DNA of 62,864 bases, filler included, from Octopus bimaculoides (Eukaryota): assembly GCF_001194135.2 (NCBI RefSeq). It is 4 parts of 4 records of this genome, joined end to end, with 100 filler letters (N's around TTAATTAATTAA, not from the genome) between each part and the next. Parts side by side here need not be neighbours in the genome. Positions count along the whole stretch, not along the records: positions 9,347 to 28,835 come from NC_069005.1; positions 28,936 to 60,935 come from NC_068991.1; 2 more parts are not named here. One strand, given 5' to 3'. The notes beneath the pieces were generated by a model. The model did no database searches. It saw only the letters and a program-made list of their open reading frames with translations, and was not told where the DNA came from. Positions within the stretch are counted from its first letter, which is position 1, and each line of letters opens with the position of its first letter. Below are positions 24,728 through 38,018 of this stretch, piece by piece. The translations under genes and the position numbers were made by a program.

Positions 24728-25621
24728 TTAGGTCATCCCATAAATAATGCACTAAAAAGTTGGAGGGGCACGGGATAAACTACCTGCATCAACTTGCTAT
24801 AAAAGCAGGTTACCTTGGCCTTATTCTTAGTGCAAGTTTTGAAGAGTGCAGTTATTTTAACAGTTATTTTTTCAAAGCTATAATAGAAGTGACAAAGGAG
24901 CATACTCGGCATATTTTCCGTTGGAACAACGCAACGGAAAGTGCGACAAATGCGTAAGCCAGTGTCAATGGTGGTTCAAAAAATTCCGAGCTGGAAACTA
25001 CAGCGTTGAAGACGAGCCACGTCCTGTACGATAAGTAGAGCTCCACGAGGATGTCCTGCAAACCCTAGTGGAACAAAATCCCATCGTAACTGTCGAGGAA
25101 GTAGCAGACAAGCTTGTATTTCATCAGCCAACCATTCATCGACACCTGCATGCCATTGGAAACATCAGCAAATTGTATCAATGGGTTCCTCACGAACTTT
25201 CTGAGTCTAATCGCACCAAGGGAGTGAATATGTGCTCTTCTTTGCTGTAACATCTCACAAATGAATTTTGGGGGGACCGAATTCTGGCTGGTGACGAGAA
25301 ATGGGTTTTCTATAAAAATGTCAAGCGCCGGAGACAGTTGGTAGGGAAAGGAGAAATACCGGCACCCTAGCCTAAAGAAGGTCTTCACCTAAGTGAGGTG
25401 CTGTTATCTGTTTGGTGAGATATGAACTTTTAAACCGAAACCAAGCAATAACAGAGGAGATTTACTGCGAGCAGCTTGAGCGCCTTAAGTCAACGCCAAA
25501 AGAAAAACGATCATTTTTGGTTTCAAGACAAAAGGTGTTCTTCCATCAGGATAATACTCGGCCACATACAGCGAGGATGCATTCCAAAAGATGGAACGGT
25601 TTGAATGGGGAACTATGCCCC
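24728..25621 (+). mobile_element. mariner transposase pseudogene (5' end to gap)
   Basis: QWWFKKFRAGNYSVEDEPR, WVPHEL, GDEKWV and HQDNTRPH motifs with stops; probable 5' TIR TTAGGTCATCCCATAAAT after TA at 24726. Confidence 0.9.
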
Positions 25622-26030
25622 NNNNNNNNNNNNNNNNNNNNNNNNNNNNNNNNNNNNNNNNNNNNNNNNNNNNNNNNNNNNNNNNNNNNNNNNNNNNNNN
25701 NNNNNNNNNNNNNNNNNNNNNNNNNNNNNNNNNNNNNNNNNNNNNNNNNNNNNNNNNNNNNNNNNNNNNNNNNNNNNNNNNNNNNNNNNNNNNNNNNNNN
25801 NNNNNNNNNNNNNNNNNNNNNNNNNNNNNNNNNNNNNNNNNNNNNNNNNNNNNNNNNNNNNNNNNNNNNNNNNNNNNNNNNNNNNNNNNNNNNNNNNNNN
25901 NNNNNNNNNNNNNNNNNNNNNNNNNNNNNNNNNNNNNNNNNNNNNNNNNNNNNNNNNNNNNNNNNNNNNNNNNNNNNNNNNNNNNNNNNNNNNNNNNNNN
26001 NNNNNNNNNNNNNNNNNNNNNNNNNNNNNN

Positions 26031-26061
<31 letters not shown>

Positions 26062-26938
26062 GTATGCGTGTGTCTGTGTGTGTGTCTGTGCTTGTCCTAC
26101 TACCATCACTTGACAACCGGTCTTGCTGTGTTTACGTCACCATAACGTAGCAGTTCAGCAAAAGATCGACAGAATAAGTTCTACTCTTAAAAAGAATAAC
26201 ACTGGGCTTGATTTGTTCGACTAAATTCCTTCAAGGTGGAGCCCGAGCAGAGCCGCAGTCGAATGACTGAAACAAGTAAAAGAAAATAACAGAATATATA
26301 TCGGCACACAGACGCTCATACTAAAACCGAACAGTGAGAATGAGTGCTCAAGGCCGCATTGGTGGATGAATATCCTTTATTTCTGGATTACACTTGGTTT
26401 CATATAAAGAGGTATCTCCTATGTTATGCTGAATTCCCTCATTGGACGGATATATGTGCCTTGCATATATTCATGACATCACATGATGCGCAGAAAACAT
26501 GTGTATAACCACATTTGTGGATTCGCAACCCCATGGATTTATGAATTCACAAGCCCATGGACCAAAATTGGCGTCAACATCCATGATACTCCGCCATTAT
26601 GTGCACCAACTGAAACTCGAACAAAACGCATAATACAGGTGTGTATGTGTATTACATATATACGTGTGTGTGTGTGTATGTATGTGTGTGTGTACATATG
26701 TGTATTTATGTGCATGTGTGTATTAATATCTAATAATTTAGACGTATACGAGAGTTCTCACATAAAAGTATTAAGGAATTAATCAATCTATGGTGAACGC
26801 AGTTCCTTGCAAAGGTCCCAGGAATTATGCAAGGAAGAGAACAGCTAAGATTCATTGAAGGGGTAATATTTTTTACTCCAACGGTGCTACATGTTTGGAA
26901 CTTTGTGTTTCTATGCACAAAGCACAAAGGTAAGAGCA

Positions 26939-26986
<48 letters not shown>

Positions 26987-27476
26987 AGTTGTTTTTTACT
27001 GTCTCACTGCACTGTATTAGGATATACGATAGAAAGCAACATATATTACGTGTATACATATATACATACACACACACACACACACATATACATATATATG
27101 TCTCCCCTTGTCAGTCATTAACATATATATGTTTGTGTATATGTGTGTGTGCGTGTGTGTATGTGTGTGCATGTGTGCGTGTGTGTTTACACACGAACAT
27201 GTACATTCATTATGATATACATATAATCACACAAATACACACATAAGTATGTTCACATATATCGAGTGGCTGTATGTAGTTATACGATAATATATGACTA
27301 TCATTAAGAAATATTTATTGCAGGTCGGTTGACTTCGATGCTCCACTGATTTTGCTTTGTTTAGTTGACTCTGTTTCATTGTCTCTTTTAGAATTGACGT
27401 TCTTGGGAAATTCTAAATTGCTATGTTGTCAGTGAGGAATGGTGCCAAGTTTTGGATGTTTGGTATGTGGGAGAGG

Positions 27477-27530
<54 letters not shown>

Positions 27531-27833
27531 GACAGACAGAGACAAAGAAGAAGAAGAAGAAGAAGAAGAAGAAGAAGAAGAAGAAGAAGAAGAAGAAGAA
27601 GAAGAAGAAGAAGAAGAAGAAGAAGAAGAAGAAGAAGAAGAAGACAGAGAGCAAAAGGAAGAGAGGCGAGAGGGAGATAGAAAACAAGAAAGAAAGAAGG
27701 AAACAGGACGAGAGGGGAAAGAGAAGGAGTGACAAGAAGAGTGGATGTGAGACAGAGAAAGAGAGAGGAAGCGGGAGGAATTGTGTAGGCAAGAGAGAGA
27801 AACTTCGGAGGAAGAGATACAGTGACAAAGAGT

Positions 27834-27880
<47 letters not shown>

Positions 27881-28261
27881 NNNNNNNNNNNNNNNNNNNN
27901 NNNNNNNNNNNNNNNNNNNNNNNNNNNNNNNNNNNNNNNNNNNNNNNNNNNNNNNNNNNNNNNNNNNNNNNNNNNNNNNNNNNNNNNNNNNNNNNNNNNN
28001 NNNNNNNNNNNNNNNNNNNNNNNNNNNNNNNNNNNNNNNNNNNNNNNNNNNNNNNNNNNNNNNNNNNNNNNNNNNNNNNNNNNNNNNNNNNNATATATGT
28101 TCGCACGTATCCTCACATCTATATATATATATATATATATATATTTTATTTATGTGTATGTGTGTGTGAGTGTATGTGTGTGTATAAGTACTTGTGTATA
28201 TATATATATACATACACACACATATATATATATGTATTATGTATGTAAGTATGTATGTATG

Positions 28262-28295
<34 letters not shown>

Positions 28296-28531
28296 TGTAT
28301 GCATGTGTGTTTATACATTAACTGCCCACCACCCACAACCATCGCGCGTATGCGTGCATAAATATAGTAAACCAACAATGTACGTTTGGCACTCGCAGAG
28401 CCGCAGTTCAAGAGGAGATGGACGGAATCTGTGCAGAACGAGCAATCATGTGTAAGACATCAGCATCTGACGATGTCTTTGGGTTTGTAACAGTTCCAGA
28501 GACTAATAGATTAGGTTTGCAGTCAAAATCT

Positions 28532-28578
<47 letters not shown>

Positions 28579-28835
28579 AGGAAGGAAGAGGAAGAGGAGG
28601 AGGAGGACGATGAAGGAGAACAAAAGAGATACAAGGAGAGAGAGGAGGAGAAGGGGGAAGAGAAAGGGAGAAAAAAAAGCATGAGAGAGGGAGAAAAGGA
28701 GAGAAAGAAAGAGAGAGGTGGGAGGAGAGGAACTAGTGAGAGAGCTCTCTCTCCTTTTTCTCCTTTCTCTCCTCCGCCCTTTTCCTCTCCTCTCACTATC
28801 CTCCTCTCCCTTATTCTAACTCCTCTTTCTTTTTC

Positions 28836-28935
28836 NNNNNNNNNNNNNNNNNNNNNNNNNNNNNNNNNNNNNNNNNNNNTTAATTAATTAANNNNNNNNN
28901 NNNNNNNNNNNNNNNNNNNNNNNNNNNNNNNNNNN
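28836..28935. other. Artificial scaffold-join linker N44-TTAATTAATTAA-N44
   Basis: Same 100-nt structure as 9247-9346. Confidence 0.95.
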
Positions 28936-29175
28936 ATTTGCAGTTTCGTCCCTTTTCCCCATGCCAGCAGGTACCATTTAGGTAGAATTTACAGATCTGT
29001 TTCTTTTTCTCTGTGTGACGTGTTTGGGCTTGAAGCCTGTTTGTGTTTACTGTCTTCTTGTCTGTTCTCCTGTCTTTGTCGTTTGTGGTGCAGCGTTGAC
29101 TGTATTCACCATGGTCATTGCATCCCTCATCAGTGGCTACAGCACTGGTGGCATCTGCCTTGTCTTGTATGAGTG
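28936..29175 (-). mobile_element. Open frame ending in a CCCH-type zinc finger, probably a LINE (CR1/L2-group) ORF1 fragment
   Basis: Minus-strand translation ...QTRHTEKKKQICKFYLNGTCWHGEKGRNCK (C-x7-C-x8-C), cut by the linker before the expected His. Confidence 0.5.
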
Positions 29176-29819
29176 TGTATGTGTGTCAGTGTATGCATGT
29201 ATGTATGTGTACATGTATGCAAAATATTAAATCCAGCATGCTGTTGTTCCTGCCAATGTTCCTGCACCATCTTATTAATTTCATCGTAAAATTAATGTAT
29301 GAATAAATAAATAAATAAATAAATAAAACATGATTATGAGAAAATTTTTGTCTATAAATCCATGGATGTTTGATGTTGATGACGATGGCAATGATGGTGG
29401 TGATGGTGGTGGTGGTGATGGTGAGGAGGAGGAAGAGGAGGAGGGCGGACACAGATACACATATTATAGGAGGACAATCAACCATGGATGACTTTAAATT
29501 GTACTTTTAATACAAATATATTAGAGAGATTCTGTGGTGGAGATGACATGAAATTGGTTCCGAAAAATGTGCCAAGTCAATGCGAAAAGGGAGGAAAACT
29601 CAATACTAACCATTAATAATGATTTGAAATTTCGGCATAATGCCAGAAATTTCGGGTAGTGGGTAAGGCAATTACATCGACCCCAGCACTCAACTGGTAA
29701 TTAATTATTTTATCGGCCCTGAAAGGATGAAGGGCAAAGTTGATCTCAGTGGAATTTGAACTCAGAATGTAAAAACAGATGAAATTCTGCAAAGCATTTT
29801 ACTTGGCATGCTAAGAATT

Positions 29820-30058
29820 CTTATTTCTTTATTGCCCACAAGGGGCTAAACATAGAGGGGACAAACAAGGACAGACAAAGGGATTAAGTCGATTATATCG
29901 ACCCCAGTGTGTAACTGGTACTTATTTAATCGACCCCAAAAAGGATGAAAGGCAAAGTCGACCTTGGTGGAATTTGAACTCAGAATGTAGCGGCAGATGA
30001 AATACCACTAAGCATTTCACCCAGCATGCTAATGATTCTGCCAGCTCGCCGCCTTACG
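29820..30058 (-). mobile_element. SINE family B full copy
   Basis: Reverse complement of 56752-56985; further family B copies at ~29620-29815 (-) and ~30130-30300 (+). Confidence 0.9.
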
Positions 30059-30344
30059 AACCACTAATATAGCAATGGATAATAAGATGGTGAACTGGCA
30101 GTATTGTTGCTGTTCTGAACAAAATGCTTGGAGGCATTTTGTCTGTCTTTATGTTTTGAGTTCAAATTCAGCCGAGGTTGACTTTGCCCTTTATTCTTTC
30201 AGGGTTGATAAAATAAGTACCAGTTGGGAACTGGGGGTTGATGTCATCGACTTAACCCCTCACCCCAAAAATTCTGGCCTTGTGTCAAAATTTGAAATCA
30301 ATATAACATTGGATAATGGAATGTATATAAGAGAATTATATGAA

Positions 30345-30580
30345 ACAGGTGGCGAGCTGGCAGAACCATTAGCACGCCGGGCGAAATGCTTAGCGGTATT
30401 TCTTCTGCCGTTATGTTCTGAGTTCAAATTCTGCTGAGGTCGACTTTGCCTTTCATCCTCTCGGGTCGATAAATTAAGTACCAGTTACACACTGGGATTG
30501 ATGTAATCGACTTAATCCATTTCTCTGTTCTTGTTTGTCCCCTCTATGTTTAGCCCTTTGTGGGCAATAAAGAAACAAGA
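30345..30580 (+). mobile_element. SINE family B full copy
   Basis: GGTGGCGAGCTGGCAGAA..GAGTTCAAATTC..TTGCCTTTCATCC..AGCCCTTTGTGGGCAATAAAGAAA. Confidence 0.9.
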
Positions 30581-30754
30581 ATTAGATGAAATACAAACTT
30601 CAGACTGTAGGAACTACACAGATTGCAATACATATGCATCTTATTTTTTATGCTTCACTTGTTTCAGTCATTGGACTGTGGACTGCTTTGAAGTGTGTAG
30701 TCAAACAGTAACAAAGTATAACTATAATATCCTCAATATCATACATACCCTTGA

Positions 30755-30900
30755 GCAGTGGTTCACAATCAGGGTCCATGTGACCCCTAGAGGTCTATAT
30801 AAGGTTATTGGGGGTCCACGCAAGCAAAATCGAAAAATGGGTATCCACTGTTGTATTTTAAGGATTCATGAAAACAAATTTGCTTTAGATGTATGTCTTG
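30755..30900 (+). mobile_element. Possible hAT/Charlie-like non-autonomous element end
   Basis: CAGTGGTTCACAATCAGGGTCCATGTGACCCCTAGAGGTC resembles hAT left termini; no partner TIR found. Confidence 0.35.
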
Positions 30901-30959
30901 CAAGAAACAGCTAGGTTTTTCCCTCTAATGTTTTACATAATTCAAACTACACAAATGAA

Positions 30960-31224
30960 TACTCTTTTACTCTTTTACTTGTTTCAGTCATTTGACTGCG
31001 GCCATGCTGGAGCACCACCTTTAGTCGAGCAAATCGACCCCAGGACTTATTCTTTAGNNNNNNNNNNNNNNNNNNNNNNNNNNNNNNNNNNNNNNNNNNN
31101 NNNNNNNNNNNNNNNNNNNNNNNNNNNNNNNNNNNNNNNNNNNNNNNNNNNNNNNNNNNNNNNNNNNNNNNNNNNNNNNNNNNNNNNNNNNNNNNNNNNN
31201 NNNNNNNNNNNNNNNNNNNNNNNN

Positions 31225-31269
<45 letters not shown>

Positions 31270-31435
31270 TACGACGGGCTTCTTTCAGTTTCCGTCTACC
31301 AAATCCACTCACGAGGCTTTGGTCGGCCCGAAGCTATAGCAGAAGACACTTGCTCAAGGTGCCATGCAGTGGGAATGAACCCGGAACCATGTGGTTGGTA
31401 AGCAAGCTACTTACCACACAGCCACTCCTGCACCT
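30960..31435 (-). mobile_element. SINE family C copy, with an assembly gap in its interior
   Basis: Tail at 30960-31057 and head at 31262-31435 flank an N run. Confidence 0.9.
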
Positions 31436-31899
31436 GTAAAAACCAAATAGGAATTTTGAAAGAAGTATCAATAAAACTAGTTCTTAATCCTTTAACATTC
31501 AAACTGGCCATATCTAGCCCATATATTCTACCTGTTTTTATGTTGAAACCAACCAGGTCAAGCCTCTCATACCTACCCTACAATGTTATTCTTAAAGTAA
31601 ACAGCCACACCATGAAAATCCCAAAGCCTTGAGATAATACATGATTAATTCAAAGTAATTTGAATGAATAAGTATTGAATTTGACTGAGTAATCTGAATG
31701 CTAAAAGGATAAGCATCAAATGGCCAGGGGAATCCACCAGAGTAAAATAGTTACCAAAGCGGTCCATAGATAAAAAAAATGTCTGAAAACCATTTCCCTA
31801 GATTAATACTTCAAACAGAGCTGAATGATGAAAATAAGATCGTAATTAGCAATGCTATAATTTTTCCTGAGATAAGTTACAATATTCACAATTGAAATG

Positions 31900-32100
31900 T
31901 AAGAGAATTAGCAAGACTAGACAGAAAAACAAGAAAAATAATGACTGCTTTTATTGTATGCCACCCAAAGACTGACACAGAAATATTTTATTTACCACAA
32001 ATAAAGGGTGAGGATGGGTGGGGTTTTCTATAGCAAGAAATATAATATTGTGTATTATATCTGCTGTAAGACTACAAAAATATCTGTGAAAAATTAAAAG
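31900..32100 (+). mobile_element. R4-like RT relic
   Basis: RLDRKTRKIMTAFIVCHPKTDTEIFYLP parallels DRKIRKLLTMYRMHHPKADIERLYL in the 19770-21370 element. Confidence 0.6.
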
Positions 32101-33470
32101 GAAACTAATATAAATAGCTATGGAACATGGAATAAACAAAACAACAACAACAGCAGCAGTAATAGCCATTGCAACAACAGCAGCTGCAGCAACAACAGAA
32201 AGAATGCTGTTTTCTCTCTTTAAGGAAGTCAACTATCATAAAATTAAGTCTAAGATAATAGACAATTGTGAGTAGAGGAGAGAGAAACAACAAGACTAAT
32301 TAATAAACTAAAGTGAAAATGGGATTGCAGAATGTCACGGAAGAAGTGGAGGTTATCATAGACAGATGTGCAGCAAATCTTAATGATCCTAAAATGCCAC
32401 AGTGGTATTTCCATGGAAGAAGACCAAAGTCTCTCTATCAGAAACTACCAAAAAAGCAATTCACTGACCACTGGTTAATCTCTTTTGCCATTACAACTTG
32501 ATGTGGAAAACTCTCTTTTTCATGACCAAGGGAAGGCGATGGAGGTATCTTCACACTGAACTCAACTGATATCTGAAAAAGTTTGTAAGCCTCTCTTTCT
32601 ATGATGTATCACATAAGGTAGAGGTTGTCATGGACAGATGTACAGCAAGTCTTAATGATCCCCAAATGCCACAATGGCATTGCCACACTGGAACTGTGCC
32701 AAGTTGAGGGTATAGAGGCAAAGGGCATGAAAGTGATGTTACAAGACAAAAGTCCTGGCTGTTACAATTTCTAGAAAATGCCACCTCAGGGCTTTTGGCT
32801 TTGAACAACTTCAGAGAAACTAAGAAAGGAAATGAAGAAGGAAAGCAGTAGGGACCATCCAAGGCAGCAACACAAGAAATTAGCCCCAGTTTTTAGAGCT
32901 TCATCAGTCACAATACTGATAGTGATAGGGGAGATCTCCTCATACCCATCCTGACAAGCAAGTGAGCAGACACCTCATGCCTAATGATGGCAGCCAGTAG
33001 TACCACTTCATTGTCATGTGAGGAGCAAGAAAAAAACTAAGGCTAACACTCCATCGGTTACAACAACAAGTGTTTCAATTAGTCTGATCTGTGGAACAGC
33101 CTGCTTGAGAAATTAAGCTGCAAGTGGCTCAGCACTCCACAGACACATATACCCTTAATGTAGTTTTCAGGGAGGTTCACAAAATGGGACAATGCTGGCC
33201 CTTTAGAAAACAGATACAACTCATTTTTGCCAGCTGATGCAATATGAAATAAAGAGCCTTACTCAAGGACACAGTGCACTGCTGGGAATCAAACACATGG
33301 CCTTATGATTGTGAGCCAAATATCGCTAAACCACTAAGTCATGTGCCTTCACGATGAGGAGGAGGAGATAATGGTTGCAAAGATGAGTATCCAAACTGAG
33401 AGGAGAAATACAAAAGAAAAAAAGAAGAATAAGTTGCAAAAGAAAAAAAAGGAGAAATGTGAACAGCATA

Positions 33471-33897
33471 GGCACAGGAGTGACTGTGTGGTAAGTAGCT
33501 TGCTTACCAACCACATGGTTCCGGGTTCAGTCCCACTACGTGACACTTTGGGCAAGTGTCTTCTACTATAGCCTCGGGCAAGTGTCTTCTACTATAGCCT
33601 CGGGCTGATCAAAGCCTTGTGAGTGGATTTGGTAGACGGAAACTGAAAGAAGCCCATCGCATATATGTCTATATATATGTATGTGTGTGTATATGTTTGT
33701 GTTTGTCCCTCCAGCATCGCTTGACAACCAATGGTGGTGTGTTTATGTCCCCGTAACTTAGCGGTTCGGCAAAAGAGACCAATAGAATAAGTACTAGGCT
33801 TCCAAAGAATAAGTCCTGGGGTTGATTTGTCGACTAAAGGCAGTGCTCCAGCATGGCCACAGTCAAAATGACTGAAACAAGTAAAAGAGTAAAGAGA
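33471..33897 (+). mobile_element. SINE family C full copy (internal ~27-bp duplication)
   Basis: Complete head to tail; GGGCAAGTGTCTTCTACTATAGCCTC occurs twice in tandem. Confidence 0.9.
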
Positions 33898-34223
33898 GCA
33901 ACAGAAAACTAAAATGGGTGAGTAAGAACAGCTTCCTCAAAACCACAATAATGAGAATAAGGATAAGCTAAGGTTCCCCATCCTTCAAAGATTAAATCAA
34001 CAGCAAATAGATGAAATTACATATCAATGCCAACAGCAATTTTAGATACCAGAGGCAAACACCATACATACATATACACACACACATGCACTATCACACA
34101 CACAAGCACACATGCAGGAATATACACATATATGTATATGGCTAAGAGAGAAGGACAGAGAGAGAGAGAGGGAGAGCGAAGGAAGGGAGGAAGAAACTTT
34201 AAGACTTGTAATATCAAATACTG

Positions 34224-34604
34224 GTTGGCACTCCATCGGTTACGACGACAAGGGTTCCAGTTGATCCGATCAACGGAACAGCCTGCTCGTGAAATTAACG
34301 TGCAAGTGGCTGAGCACTCCACAGACACGTGTACCCTTAATGTAGTCCTCGGGAGAATCAGCGTGACACAGAGTGTGATAAGGCTGGCCCCTTTGAAATA
34401 CAGGTACAACAGAAACAGGAAGAAAGAGTGAGAGAAAGTTGTAGTGGAAGAGTACAGCAGGGTTCACCACCATCCCCTGCCGGAGCCTCGTGGAGCTTTA
34501 GGTGTTTTCACTCAATAAACACTCACAACGCCCAGTCTGGGAATCGAAACTGCAATCCTATGACCGTGAGTCCGCTGCCCTAACCACTGGGCCATTGCAC
34601 CTCT
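34224..34604 (-). mobile_element. SINE family A full copy
   Basis: Reverse complement of 41055-41444; an older, diverged copy lies at ~33050-33340 (-). Confidence 0.9.
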
Positions 34605-34634
34605 ACGATGTCAAATAAGCCAGTGTTGAATCAG

Positions 34635-34730
34635 CAATGTCAAAAAGACAATGTCAAAAAGACAATGTCAAAAAGACAATGTCAAAAAGACAATATCAAA
34701 AAGACAATGTCAAAAAGGCAATGCCAAAAC
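34635..34730. repeat. 14-bp minisatellite (CAATGTCAAAAAGA) x ~7
   Basis: Directly visible tandem copies, the last ones degenerate. Confidence 0.95.
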
Positions 34731-35424
34731 AGCTGCGACGAAATGTCCCATATTTCTCCAAAATATTACAATGAAATAAAACAGTTCATTGTGAAATCTT
34801 TTTTATTACAATTTTTTTACCTTGTCTCTCCAACCAACTTAAGGAATGTTAACAATCACCTTTGGAATGTAGGAGACAACAATGAACAATAGCGGGGAAG
34901 CTAGGTTAGGGATGAGGGGTTTCTCTAACTCAATCAGACCAGTACTTTCTCCCCCACACCATGTGTAGTCAAGAAGGCAAAATGTTTTGCAGTTTTTATT
35001 TCTTTTTAAATATGTCTTGTTTTAATTAAATATTGTTAGTTAATTGTTGTATGCTTTTAATTTGTCCCTGCTTTTAATTGTATAACTTTTTTTCATCTCT
35101 CCTCCCTTATCTTTGTTTAAGACATTTTATTTCACCCAACACACATCTTTGTAAGCTCCCTCCCCCACTTTAAGATTCATCCTACTTGTTTTGTATCTTT
35201 TCAAGCTTTTGTGACTAAGAAATAAAAAAAATCATAATTATTATTGAGACAGGATTGGACAAAATGTTTAGCAGTAGTTTTCTCAGCTTTATGCTCTAAG
35301 TTCAAATGCCACTGAAGTTAACTATGCCTTTGACTCTATCAGGTTTGGTGTAATTAACTAGCCTCCTTTCCACAAAATTTCAGGCCTTGTGCATATAGTA
35401 GAAAGAACTAATGTTATTGTTATT

Positions 35425-35941
35425 GAGTGAGAGAGCAGTGCATGCCATCAAAGTGACACATAGAGTAAAATATACAAAGCCCAGGATACCCATCATGACT
35501 ACCCAGCTGATAAGGGTACACCAGGCACGTGCATCACAACCATATGTGTGTGACATGGTGATCTCATATCAAGANNNNNNNNNNGGCACGTGCATCACAA
35601 CCATATGTGTGTGACATGGTGATCTCATATCAAGATAAACAGTGCATGACCTTGCAGGTGGGGGCCCAGTTAGAATTTTCTGCAGGTTGAGTAGCCCATC
35701 CCACTGAAAAGGTCCCTGAATAAGGGTTGTTTAAGAATGTTGAACGAAACACCCATGTTTCCAGCAGTGAATTATCCAAACCCCAAAGAATTCCTCTCAA
35801 CACATGGCTATGATGCTCCCCCACTACCTCTGCTCATGATCAGAGATGCACATATCATCATCCACCAAGGGGCATTCTCAACTGGTTAAGGTCAAGCAAC
35901 TGACAAGCAAACCTATGGTTTTGAGCAGAATATTTGCTGTT
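35425..35941 (+). mobile_element. Family E repeat, 3'-truncated copy
   Basis: Matches 16554-17106 in reverse; the ~50-bp duplication around the 9-N gap at ~35575 is probably an assembly overlap. Confidence 0.85.
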
Positions 35942-36665
35942 TATTCTTCTTATTATTCTTATTGTTCTTCTTCTTCTTCTTCTTCTTCTTCTTCTTCTTC
36001 TTCTTCTTCTTCTTCTTCTTCTTCTAATTATTATTATAGGGGTTGGAAGGGTTTGGGATGACTATCCAAACATATTGGTTTTCATTCCTGTCTCTTTGAT
36101 CTCCTTGTAAGTGAAAACAAATATTTCCCAAAGTTAAAGTACAACTACCAAATTTGGGGAGTATTTATACCAATTATTTTGATGCAGAAATATCTCCATA
36201 TTGATCAATGTATATATAGCTACCTACAACCTACCACAAAATTTGATATGTCAGTCTACTTCATTTTTTTATAGATAATATTAGAACTGTTATGACTCCT
36301 CTGGAAGGAATATGTAAATAAAGAAGAAGAGTTCCATAATTAAATTTGCTGAACGATATTTCAGTATTTCTATTTCCAGATCTTTGTATTTTGAGAGTTT
36401 TACCATTTCTTTTAGAGATATATTGTGATCTGTTGGTATTGATACATCAAGTAGAAGTCATCTTTTCTTCTTGGTGATTTCTGACAATTATACCCAGTCT
36501 ATTAGCCTTGATTTCTCTATCTGTGTGTATTGGCATATTCCAGAGTAATGTTGCTTTGTCATTTTCTGAATCCTTTTCTGGGGTGTGCCTGTACCACCTT
36601 TTTTCTGTTGTCATTCCATAATATTGGCATAATTTCCAGTGTACATACAGGTTCCAACTTTGTCA

Positions 36666-37057
36666 TGTGTGGCTGTGTGGTAAGTAGCTTGCTTACCAAC
36701 CACATGGTTCTGGGTTCAGTCCCACTGCGTGGCACTTTGGGCAAGTGTCTTCTACTATAGCCTCGGGCCGACCAAAACCTTGTGAGTGGATTTGGTAGAC
36801 GGAAACTGAAAGAAGACCGTCGTATATATGTATATGTATATATATGTGTGTGTGTCTGTTTGTCTCCGCAACATCGCTTGACAACAGATGCTGGTGTGCT
36901 TACGTCCCCGTAACTTAGCCGTTCGGCAAAAGAGACCGATAGAATAAGTACTAGGCTTACAAAAGAATAAGTCCTGGGGTCGATTTGCTCGACTAAAGGT
37001 GGTGCTCCAGCATGGCCGCAGTCAAATGACTGAAACAAGTAAAAGAGTAAAAGAGAG
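36666..37057 (+). mobile_element. SINE family C full copy nested in the R4-like element
   Basis: Complete head to tail; interrupts the EY..RHD motif of the host element. Confidence 0.9.
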
Positions 37058-37714
37058 TATATTCCTTCATAGCCAGGACTGGAAGCCAGAGACAGTATAA
37101 TTTATTGTTTCTTCCCCATCACTCTATATTTGCAGTTACTTTTAATTTTCTTCATTATGTGTTTCTGGTGGGAAAGCTTTGATCTTGTCACTACAATTAA
37201 AACTCCTTTAGTCTCTGCTTTAAGTCCTGAGTTTCTCAGCCNNNNNNNNNNNNNNNNNNNNNNNNNNNNNNNNNNNNNNNNNNNNNNNNNNNNNNNNNNN
37301 NNNNNNNNNNNNNNNNNNNNNNNNNNNNNNNNNNNNNNNNNNNNNNNNNNNNNNNNNNNNNNNNNNNNNNNNNNNNNNNNNNNNNNNNNNNNNNNNNNNN
37401 NNNNNNNNNNNNNNNNNNNNNNNNNNNNNNNNNNNNNNNNNNNNNNNNNNNNNNNNNNNNNNNNNNNNNNNNNNNNNNNNNNNNNNNNNNNNNNNNNNNN
37501 NNNNNNNNNNNNNNNNNNNNNNNNNNNNNNNNNNNNNNNNNNNNNNNNNNNNNNNNNNNNNNNNNNNNNNNNNNNNNNNNNNNNNNNNNNNNNNNNNNNN
37601 NNNNNNNNNNNNNNNNNNNNNNNNNNNNNNNNNNNNNNNNNNNNNNNNNNNNNNNNNNNNNNNNNNNNNNNNNNNNNNNNNNNNNNNNNNNNNNNNNNNN
37701 NNNNNNNNNNNNNN

Positions 37715-38018
37715 NCGGTACTGGCAACGGCCACGCTCAAAATGGTGCATCTCATGTGCCACCCGCACAAGAACCAGTCCAGGGGCACTGGCAACGATCT
37801 TACTTGGCTTGCCGGGTTTTCTCACGCACAGCACATTTCCAAAGGTCTCGATACATATATACGACAGGCTTCTTTCAGTTTCCGTCTACCAAATCCACTC
37901 ACAAGGCTCTGGTCGGCCCGAGGCTATAGTAGAAGACACTTGCCCAAGGTGCCACGCAGTGGGACTGAACCTGGAACCATGTGGTTGGTAAGCAAGCTAC
38001 TTACCACACAGCCACTCC
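37715..38018 (-). mobile_element. RTE 3' UTR fragment joined to a SINE C head, nested in the R4-like element
   Basis: 37715-37850 matches 52060-52215; 37858-38018 is the reverse complement of the family C head. Confidence 0.85.

Noticed and set aside
26330-26640. Repeated PW motifs (GPWACEF/NPWGCES) on the minus strand
   Set aside because: Explained by a short CCATGG-containing local repeat; the frame is interrupted by stops.
26813-26928. Plus-strand exon before AAG|GTAAGA; GNIFYSNGATCLELC as a Kunitz-like end
   Set aside because: Cys spacing is off, the other Kunitz cysteines are absent, and the acceptor is ambiguous.
28399-28451. Candidate exon PQFKRRWTESVQNEQSC
   Set aside because: Weak pyrimidine tract and donor context; no homology recognised.
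35520-35632. Exact ~50-bp tandem duplication inside family E
   Set aside because: It straddles a 9-N gap, typical of unmerged contig overlap.
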